A DNA stretch of 32,000 nucleotides from positions 1,710,001 through 1,742,000 of the forward strand of contig NC_016803.1 of assembly GCF_000189295.2 (NCBI RefSeq). Reading direction: 5' to 3'. This document shows positions 7,340 through 13,977 of the stretch, piece by piece (positions within the stretch are counted from its first letter, which is position 1; every line of letters begins with the position of its first letter). The notes under the pieces were generated by a model. It worked only from the letters and a program-made list of their open reading frames with translations, searched no databases and was not told the origin of the DNA. Source of the stretch: Pseudodesulfovibrio mercurii. Its GTDB lineage: Bacteria > Desulfobacterota > Desulfovibrionia > Desulfovibrionales > Desulfovibrionaceae. A program made the position numbers and the translations under genes.

Positions 7340-8017
7340 ATGTACGATTTCCTGACCGGGCCGATGCTTTGGGCGACGTTCATCGTCAGCCTGGGCGGCC
7401 TGCTCGTTCGCACCGTGATGTATGTCAAGGGCCTCAACTGGCAGCTCGACCGCGTGGCGTACCGTCCCAACATGAAATACGGCATCCGGGGGGGCGTGCG
7501 CTCCATCCTGGCCTTCATCATCCCGTTCAAGGCCCGGCTGTGGCAGACCCGCCCCGGCTTCACCCTCATCTTCTTCGCCTTCCACATCGGGCTGCTGGTC
7601 ACCCCGGTCTTCCTGGAGGCGCACAACGTGATGTTCAGGAACGCCTTCGGCTTCAGCCTGCCCGCCCTGCCCACCGGGGTGGCGGACGGCCTGGCCTGGG
7701 TCTGCCTGGTGGGCGCCCTGTTCCTGCTGCTCAGGCGCATCGCCTTCCCCGAAGTGCGCATCCTGACCACCGTCTACGACTACCTGCTGCTGGTCATCAC
7801 GGTGATGCCGTTCATCACCGGCCTGATCGCCCGCTACGAGATGGGGAACTACGACTTCTGGCTGGCCGCGCACATCATCAGCGGCGAAATCTGGCTTCTG
7901 GCCCTGCCCTTCACCAAGCTCAGCCACGTGGCGCTGTTCTTCATGTCCCGCATGCAGCTGGGCATGGACTACGGCATCAAGCGCGGCGGCATGAAGGGTA
8001 CGGACATGGCCTGGTAA
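7340..8017 (+). CDS. hmcE: HmcE: NarI/DsrM-like membrane cytochrome b subunit
   Basis: AAGGAG RBS. The 225-aa protein has about 5 TM segments with conserved His in the helices (FAFHIGLL, AAHIISGE), and its position in the operon fits. Confidence 0.85.
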   Translation: MYDFLTGPMLWATFIVSLGGLLVRTVMYVKGLNWQLDRVAYRPNMKYGIRGGVRSILAFIIPFKARLWQTRPGFTLIFFAFHIGLLVTPVFLEAHNVMFRNAFGFSLPALPTGVADGLAWVCLVGALFLLLRRIAFPEVRILTTVYDYLLLVITVMPFITGLIARYEMGNYDFWLAAHIISGEIWLLALPFTKLSHVALFFMSRMQLGMDYGIKRGGMKGTDMAW

Positions 8018-8050
8018 CCGGGCTTCAGCTTTATCACACGGAGAACCGAA

Positions 8051-9442
8051 ATGCCTGAAGGAATCTTCTGCAACAAGACGCCGATCAACACCGAGGAACA
8101 GCTCAAGGCGACCCTCGGCGACAAGGGCGGCAAGCAATACTACGAAGAGATGAACAACCTGGACGTGGACACGGACAAGCTCTGGGCCTCCATCCAGAAG
8201 ACCATGAAGTCCAGGACCAAGACCTGGCTCGAAATCTGCGCCCACTGCGGCCTGTGCGCCGAGTCCTGCTTCCTGTATCTGGCCAACGACCGGTCGCCCG
8301 ACCAGGTCCCGTCCTACAAGATCCAGTCAACGCTCGGCGAGATGGTCAAAAAGAAGGGCAAGGTCGACAACGCCTTCATGCAGATGTGCATGGAGACCGC
8401 CTGGTCCAAGTGCACCTGCTGCAACCGTTGCGGCATGTACTGCCCGCACGGCATCGACACCGGCGTCATGTTCAGCTACCTGCGCGGCCTGCTCTACTCC
8501 CAGGGCTTCGTGCCGTGGGAGCTGAAGATCGGCTCGGGCATGCACCGCGTGTACCGCGCCCAGATGGACGTGACCAACGAGGACTGGGTCGAGACCTGCG
8601 AGTGGATGGCCGAGGAGAACGAAGATGAATGGCCGGGCCTGGAGATTCCCATCGACAAGGTCGGCGCGGACATCATGTACACCTGCAACGCCCGCGAACC
8701 CAAGCACTACCCCGAGGACGTCGCCGAGGCGGCCATCCTGTTCCACGTGGCGGGCGAGAACTGGACCGTGCCCTCCAATGGATGGGAGCAGACCTCCCTG
8801 TCCATGTTCGCCGGCGACTGGGAATGCTGCAAGGACAACGTCGAGCACGTATACTCCGCCATCGAGCGCCTGAAGCCCAAGCGGGCCATCGGCACCGAAT
8901 GCGGCCACGCCCACCGCGCCACGGTCATCGAGGGTCCCTACTGGGCGGGCCGAGAGGACGGGCAGCCGCCCGTACCGTACATGCATTACGTGGAGTGGCT
9001 GGCCGAGGCCCTGCGCACCGGCAAGCTCAAGATCGACCCGACCAAGCGCATCAAGGAGCCGGTCACCCTCCAGGATTCCTGCAACTACGTGCGCAACCAG
9101 GGACTGAAGAACGTCACCCGGGAGATCCTGAGCTACATCGTGGAGCCCGGCTACTTCGTGGAGATGGCCCCGAACAAGGAGCACAACTACTGTTGCGGCG
9201 GCGGCGGCGGATTCAACGGCATCGGCCTGTACCGCGAGCAGCGCAACGTGGCCTTGCGCATGAAGATGGAACAAATAGTCGCAACCGGCTGCAAGCTGGT
9301 CATCTCCCCCTGCCACAACTGCTGGGACGCCATCCGCGATCTGGAGGAAGTGTACAAGATCGGCATCCGCTGGTCCTTCCTCAAACCGCTGGTGATCGGC
9401 ATGCTCGACGTGCCCGAGCACCTGTTGCCCAAGGACGAGTAA
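8051..9442 (+). CDS. hmcF: HmcF: cytoplasmic HdrD/DsrK-like iron-sulfur protein with CCG domains
   Basis: Motifs [11 protein letters not shown] and [12 protein letters not shown] match two [4Fe-4S] sites. The CCG-type motifs YCCGGGGGF and CHNCWD are present. There are no TM segments. Confidence 0.9.
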   Translation: MPEGIFCNKTPINTEEQLKATLGDKGGKQYYEEMNNLDVDTDKLWASIQKTMKSRTKTWLEICAHCGLCAESCFLYLANDRSPDQVPSYKIQSTLGEMVKKKGKVDNAFMQMCMETAWSKCTCCNRCGMYCPHGIDTGVMFSYLRGLLYSQGFVPWELKIGSGMHRVYRAQMDVTNEDWVETCEWMAEENEDEWPGLEIPIDKVGADIMYTCNAREPKHYPEDVAEAAILFHVAGENWTVPSNGWEQTSLSMFAGDWECCKDNVEHVYSAIERLKPKRAIGTECGHAHRATVIEGPYWAGREDGQPPVPYMHYVEWLAEALRTGKLKIDPTKRIKEPVTLQDSCNYVRNQGLKNVTREILSYIVEPGYFVEMAPNKEHNYCCGGGGGFNGIGLYREQRNVALRMKMEQIVATGCKLVISPCHNCWDAIRDLEEVYKIGIRWSFLKPLVIGMLDVPEHLLPKDE

Positions 9443-9461
9443 CCAAAGGACGAGGTGAACT

Positions 9462-10355
9462 ATGTTCAAGAAGATTCTACTGGCGACCAGCGGTGCTCCG
9501 TCCACCTTCGGCGCCGCACGGGTGGCCTTCGACATGGCCAAGCGCTACGGGGCCGAGGTCGTGGTCTTCCACGTCATGGGCGTGCCCACCAAGGCCTATT
9601 CCCAGGTGGTCAACGACGTGCGCACCGGCGAGGAAATCGAGGTCGACGACGAATACCGCGCCTGGGTCGAGGAGGAGCTCAAATCCACCTTCGAGAAGCA
9701 AATCGAGTCGGTCAAGTACGCCCGGATCACCCTGACCACGGGCGTGCCCAGCCGCGAGATCCTGCGCGCCGCGCGGGACGAGGACGTGGACCTCATCGTC
9801 ATGGGCGCCAGCTCCGGCGATTCGTCGGCCTACCGCAAGGGCTACCCCGGCTCCACCCTGCAGCGCGTGGCCAAGGCCGCCCGCTGCCCGGTCATGACCG
9901 TGCACCGCGAGACCGCCTCCTACTGGGGCGGGTTCGGCAACATCGTCTTCGCCACCGACTTCTCCAAGCAGGCGGACAGCGCCTTCAAGTTCGCGCTCAA
10001 TTCGGCCAAGGAACTCGGCTGCGACCTGACCCTGTTCCACGCGCTCGACATCAGCGGCAAGGTCCTGGACCAGAACGCCATCGAGGACGGGCTGATCGCG
10101 GCCAGGGCCCGCATCCGCGAGACCTACGTGCCGCTCATGGGCGACTTCAAGGACTTCGACATCGAGGTCTGGGAGGGCGTGCCCTTCGTGGAGATCGTCA
10201 AGATCGCCCGCGAACGCAGCGCCGACCTGATCGTGGTGGCCCACCACTCGCGCGAACTGGACCCGGAAAAGGCGCGCATCGGCTCCACCATGGAGCAGGT
10301 CATCCTGCGCGCCGGTTGCCCGGTGGTCAGCGTGAGCAAGCCGGACAAGGTATGA
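9462..10355 (+). CDS. Tandem universal stress protein (two USP domains)
   Basis: It starts 19 nt after the hmcF stop and may be co-transcribed. The 297-aa protein has two USP-like halves; the ends of the domains read VDLIVMGASSG...GSTLQRVAKAARCPVMTV and ADLIVVAHHS...GSTMEQVILRAGCPVVSV. Confidence 0.85.
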   Translation: MFKKILLATSGAPSTFGAARVAFDMAKRYGAEVVVFHVMGVPTKAYSQVVNDVRTGEEIEVDDEYRAWVEEELKSTFEKQIESVKYARITLTTGVPSREILRAARDEDVDLIVMGASSGDSSAYRKGYPGSTLQRVAKAARCPVMTVHRETASYWGGFGNIVFATDFSKQADSAFKFALNSAKELGCDLTLFHALDISGKVLDQNAIEDGLIAARARIRETYVPLMGDFKDFDIEVWEGVPFVEIVKIARERSADLIVVAHHSRELDPEKARIGSTMEQVILRAGCPVVSVSKPDKV

Positions 10356-10365
10356 TGAGTTGAAC

Positions 10366-10394
10366 GGCGCGTCCCGGCGTGTGCCGGGCGCGCC
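10366..10394 (+). terminator. GC-rich hairpin after the USP gene (possible weak terminator)
   Basis: GGCGCG(T)CCCGGC-GTGT-GCCGGGCGCGCC forms a 12-bp stem with one bulge. It is followed only by TT, so termination efficiency is uncertain. Confidence 0.35.
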
Positions 10395-10489
10395 TTGAGA
10401 ACGATAAATGCCGCAGCCGGCCTTGGCGGGAGCGACTGCGGCAAATCAGGAATCAAACAGATTGATTCGCGAGTACCAGGAGGTACGTT

Positions 10490-10843
10490 ATGTCCAAGAA
10501 GATTCTCATCGTCGACGACGACCAGGAAATCCGCTCGTATCTGTCCGAACTGCTCGGCGACAACGGTTACGCGACCGTGACCGCCAACGACGGCGCCGAG
10601 GCCGTCGAGATCGCCAAGACCGAAAAGCCCGATCTGATCACGCTGGACCTGGAAATGCCCAACGAGTGGGGTCCGAGGTTCTATCGCAAGATCAGCCAGG
10701 ACGACGCCCTCAAGCGCACGCCGGTGGTGGTCATCAGTGGTCTCAACGCGATTCAATACGCCATTCCGAAGGCCGTCGCAAGCCTGACGAAGCCGTTCGA
10801 ACCCGCACAGCTGCTGAAGATCGTCAAGGACACCATCGGCTAG
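10490..10843 (+). CDS. Stand-alone receiver (CheY-like) response regulator, no output domain (Rrf1-like)
   Basis: AGGAGG RBS. The 117-aa protein has the acidic pocket DDD (aa 9-11), the phospho-acceptor D53 in TLDLEMP, the conserved S in VISG and the conserved K in TKPF. Confidence 0.85.
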   Translation: MSKKILIVDDDQEIRSYLSELLGDNGYATVTANDGAEAVEIAKTEKPDLITLDLEMPNEWGPRFYRKISQDDALKRTPVVVISGLNAIQYAIPKAVASLTKPFEPAQLLKIVKDTIG

Positions 10844-10870
10844 CGGGACGCCACTGGAACAGGATCCGTC

Positions 10871-10907
10871 GGCCCGCGAGCCGAACACGGTTCGCGGGCC
10901 GAATTTT
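10871..10907 (+). terminator. Rho-independent terminator after the first receiver gene
   Basis: The 13-bp stem GGCCCGCGAGCCG/CGGTTCGCGGGCC contains one G-U pair and has the loop AACA. TTTT follows at 10904-10907. Confidence 0.55.
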
Positions 10908-10912
10908 CCGAC

Positions 10913-10940
10913 TTGAACTCGCGCGCAGGTTGAGTATACC
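10913..10940 (+). promoter_or_regulatory. Putative promoter TTGAAC-N16-TATACC for the second receiver / kinase unit
   Basis: The hexamers were read directly at 10913-10918 and 10935-10940. The -10 lacks the final T. Confidence 0.25.
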
Positions 10941-10989
10941 CTTGCAGGCGTAGCGGGAATACCCCGCCACTCGAAACCAGGTTGAGCTC

Positions 10990-11346
10990 ATGCCAAAAAA
11001 AATCATGGTGGTGGACGACGATCCGGACATCGTCGACTACCTCGTCAGCGTATTCGAAGACCACGGATACGACACCTGCCGCGCTTCCGACGGAGTCTCC
11101 GCGTATGAGGTGGCCATGGCCGAAAAGCCTGACCTCATCACGCTGGACATCGAAATGCCCCACGAGTGGGGACCGCGTTTCTACCGTCGGCTGACCAGTG
11201 AGAAGGAGTTCTCGGACATCCCGGTGATCGTCATCTCCGGACTGTCGGGAATCCATCTGGCCATACGGCGGGCCGTGGCGACCATCAAGAAGCCCTTCGA
11301 CCCGGCGGATGTGATCCAGATCGTTAGAGAGGCGCTGGGCGAATAA
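10990..11346 (+). CDS. Stand-alone receiver response regulator, paralogue of 10490-10843
   Basis: The 118-aa protein has the same landmarks: DDD, D53 in TLDIEMP, VISG and KKPF. It shares the EMP(N/H)EWGPRFYR signature with the upstream paralogue. Confidence 0.85.
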   Translation: MPKKIMVVDDDPDIVDYLVSVFEDHGYDTCRASDGVSAYEVAMAEKPDLITLDIEMPHEWGPRFYRRLTSEKEFSDIPVIVISGLSGIHLAIRRAVATIKKPFDPADVIQIVREALGE

Positions 11347-11427
11347 CCCGGCCCGCAATCCTGGACCGAAGAGGTCCCCGCAGGGAAGCGGCCGACGGCC
11401 GGCGGGACGACTCTCCCGGAGGGTGTG

Positions 11428-13371
11428 ATGGATTTCAAGCGACTGTTGCTCGTGGATGATGAGGAAGGCGTCCGCCGATTCCTCGGCCTCTCCCTGATGG
11501 ACCTGGGTTACGAGGTGGAAACCGCCGCCAACGGACAGGAAGCCCTCGACCTCTTCGACTCCTTCCGGCCCCACATCGTCTTCACCGACATCAAGATGCC
11601 CGTCATGGACGGCATCGACCTGCTCAAGGCGATCAAGGAGCGTTCCCCGGACACCGAGGTGGTCATGATCACCGGTCACGGGGACATGGACCTGGCCATC
11701 GAGTCCCTCAAGTTCGACGCCTCGGACTTCATCACCAAACCGATCAACAACGACGTGCTCGAGGTCTCGCTCGAACGCGCCCGCGAACGCTACAGCATGA
11801 AGCTGCAGCTGCGCGAGTACACCGAGAACCTGGAAAAACTGGTCCAGGAGAAGACCGACCGCATCGTGGAGCTGGAGCGGCAGAACGCCGCCTGCCAGGT
11901 GGTCCAGGGCATGTCCACGGCCCTGTCCGACGCGGCCCAGGAGGTGGAGACCGGCTACGGGCTGTTCAACGAGCTGCCCTGCCTGGTGTCCATCCACAAC
12001 CGCTACCTCGAGATCGTGGCCCACAACCGGCTGTTCGAGGAGCGGCTGGGCAACCAGGTGGGCAACAACAGCTTCGACATCTACTCCGACCGCACCTCGC
12101 CGGGCAACGCCTGCCCGGTGCAGCGCACCTTCAACACGGGCAAGGGCCAGCGGAGCAAGGAAAATTTCCTGGGCAAGGACGGCGAGGAGATTCCGGTCAC
12201 GGTCTACACCGCGCCCCTGCCCAACAAGGACGGCGAGATCGAGCTGGTCCTGGACATCTCCGTGGACATGACCGAGCTCAAGCGCCTCCAGGATGAACTG
12301 TACACCACCCAGTACAAGTACCAACGGCTGTTCGACGAGGCCCCCTGCTACATCACCGTGCAGGACGCGGACCTGAACATCGTCGAGGCCAACCGGCTGT
12401 TCAAGCGGGACTTCGGCGAGGTGGAGGGACATTTCTGCTTCGAGGCGTACAAGCACCGCGACGAGCCCTGCGAGGGGTGCCTGGTGGACAAGACCCTGCT
12501 GGACGGCGAGTCCCGGCAGCGGGAGACCGTGGTCACCACCCTGTCCGGCGAGCAGAAGCACATGCTCGTCCAGGCCGCGCCCCTGCACGACGCCTCGGGC
12601 CGCATCTTTCAGGCCATGGAACTGTCCACGGACATCACCGAGATCCGCAGGCTCCAGGACCACCTGACCTCGCTGGGCATCATGCTCGGCTCCATGTCCC
12701 ACGGCGTCAAGGGCATGCTGACCTCCCTGGACGGCGGCATCTACCGGCTGGAGTCCGGCCTGAAGAAGGGCGACAAGGACCGCGTGGACGCGGCCACCAA
12801 GACCCTCAAGTCCATGATCGGCCGGGTCAAGAAGATGGTCCTGGACATCCTCTACTACGCCAAGTCCCGCGAGCTGGAGACCGAGGCCGTGGACGCGGCC
12901 AAGTTCCTGAACGACACGGCGGAGGTGGGCGCGGCCAGGGCCGCCGCGCACCAGGTGGAGTTCGTCCGCGACATCCCGGACGACCTGGGCGCGATCCAGG
13001 CGGACACCGCCGCCCTGTCCGCGGCCATGGTCAACTTCCTGGAAAACGGCGTGGACGCCTGCGAGGGCCGGGACCACGGACGGCTGACCCTGAGCGCCCG
13101 GCGCACGGACGGCGGCCTGGTGGTCACCGTGTCGGACAACGGCATGGGCATGGACCGGGAGACCCGGGACAAGATCTTCACCCTGTTCTTCTCGTCCAAG
13201 GGCAAGCGGGGCACGGGCATCGGACTGTTCATCTCCAACCAGACCATCGAGCAGCACGGCGGGTCCATCCGGGTGGAGTCCGCGCCGGGCGAGGGCTCGA
13301 CCTTCATCATCACCCTGCCCGACCGGACCGGACAGGGGACCGGCAAAAAAACCGGACAGGAAGCCGGATAG
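11428..13371 (+). CDS. Hybrid sensor histidine kinase: N-terminal REC, two PAS-like modules, DHp, HATPase_c
   Basis: GGAGGG at 11418-11423 lies 4 nt upstream of the ATG at 11428; the track start 11425 is a GTG one codon upstream. The REC domain reads LLVDDEE...FTDIKMPVMDG...KP. The H-box is MSHGVKGML. The G-boxes are DNGMGM and GTGIGL. The protein is cytoplasmic, with no TM segments. Confidence 0.85.
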   Translation: MDFKRLLLVDDEEGVRRFLGLSLMDLGYEVETAANGQEALDLFDSFRPHIVFTDIKMPVMDGIDLLKAIKERSPDTEVVMITGHGDMDLAIESLKFDASDFITKPINNDVLEVSLERARERYSMKLQLREYTENLEKLVQEKTDRIVELERQNAACQVVQGMSTALSDAAQEVETGYGLFNELPCLVSIHNRYLEIVAHNRLFEERLGNQVGNNSFDIYSDRTSPGNACPVQRTFNTGKGQRSKENFLGKDGEEIPVTVYTAPLPNKDGEIELVLDISVDMTELKRLQDELYTTQYKYQRLFDEAPCYITVQDADLNIVEANRLFKRDFGEVEGHFCFEAYKHRDEPCEGCLVDKTLLDGESRQRETVVTTLSGEQKHMLVQAAPLHDASGRIFQAMELSTDITEIRRLQDHLTSLGIMLGSMSHGVKGMLTSLDGGIYRLESGLKKGDKDRVDAATKTLKSMIGRVKKMVLDILYYAKSRELETEAVDAAKFLNDTAEVGAARAAAHQVEFVRDIPDDLGAIQADTAALSAAMVNFLENGVDACEGRDHGRLTLSARRTDGGLVVTVSDNGMGMDRETRDKIFTLFFSSKGKRGTGIGLFISNQTIEQHGGSIRVESAPGEGSTFIITLPDRTGQGTGKKTGQEAG

Positions 13372-13417
13372 GGGCCGGAGCATGCCGCCCGATCGGGAAG
13401 CGGACGGCGGGGCCCGA

Positions 13418-13446
13418 TTGATTGTCGCGGTGTTTTTCCCTATGCT
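13418..13446 (+). promoter_or_regulatory. Putative sigma70-type promoter TTGATT-N17-TATGCT for rrf2 and the downstream kinase
   Basis: The hexamers lie at 13418-13423 and 13441-13446, about 50 nt upstream of the rrf2 ATG. Confidence 0.35.
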
Positions 13447-13496
13447 TCCCGGACGCGCACCGCGCGCCCACCACTTTCACCGCCGGGGACACGACC

Positions 13497-13940
13497 ATGA
13501 AACTGACCACACGCAGCCGTTACGGCACCCGATTGCTCCTGGACATCGCCCTCCACTCCGAGAACGGCAGTCCGGTCCCGAGCAAGGATACGGCCGACCG
13601 CGAAGGGTTGTCCCTGAAGTACCTGGAGAAGCTCATCAAGATGCTCAAGCAGGCGGGCTACGTGAAGGGCAAGCGCGGACCCAACGGCGGCAACGTGCTG
13701 GTGCGCGCGCCCGAGGACATCTCCATCGGCGAGGTGGCCCGCATCCTGGACGGCGAGGAGCAGGTCCTGGGCTGCGAGGGCGACCCGTCCACCTGCCCGC
13801 GAGCGGCCGTCTGCCTCAAACGGTCCATCTGGGACGACGCGTCCCTGGCCATGTACCGCATGCTCGACTCCTATTCCCTGGCCGACCTGATGAAGGACGC
13901 CTACCTGTGTCCCGTGAACCCGCCCAGGCGCGGCGACTAG
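13497..13940 (+). CDS. rrf2: Rrf2-family transcriptional regulator with a C-x6-C-x5-C cluster-binding motif
   Basis: The N-terminus MKLTTRSRYGTRLLLDIAL is typical of the Rrf2/IscR/NsrR family. The wHTH region reads SLKYLEKLIKMLKQAGYVKGKRGPNGG. The Cys triad is GCEGDPSTCPRAAVC. It lies downstream of hmc, as the founding rrf2 does in D. vulgaris. The 13422 start in the track adds a non-homologous extension. Confidence 0.85.
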   Translation: MKLTTRSRYGTRLLLDIALHSENGSPVPSKDTADREGLSLKYLEKLIKMLKQAGYVKGKRGPNGGNVLVRAPEDISIGEVARILDGEEQVLGCEGDPSTCPRAAVCLKRSIWDDASLAMYRMLDSYSLADLMKDAYLCPVNPPRRGD

Positions 13941-13977
13941 GCCGACCGGCCGGTCCGCCCGAAAGGATGGTGACAAG

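Noticed and set aside
4916-8245. 1109-aa minus-strand ORF spanning hmcB to hmcE
   Set aside because: It is antisense to four well-supported genes. The translation is low-complexity (G/A/R/H/D/E/V/Q-rich) with no recognisable motif or RBS. This is the typical long open antisense frame of high-GC DNA.
9455-10363. 302-aa ORF in an alternative frame over the USP gene. Comparable off-frame ORFs include 5047-6846, 7369-8058, 8629-9735, 14046-16385, 18926-20929 and 21152-22888.
   Set aside because: They are same-strand off-frame ORFs with Arg/Pro/Gly-rich translations. The annotated frames carry the domain motifs.
10490-10843. Apparent insertion (EWGPRFYR) after the phospho-acceptor Asp of the stand-alone receivers
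   Set aside because: Counting residues shows that DLEMPNEWG has the same length as the canonical DxxMPxxxG loop. This is sequence divergence, not an insertion.
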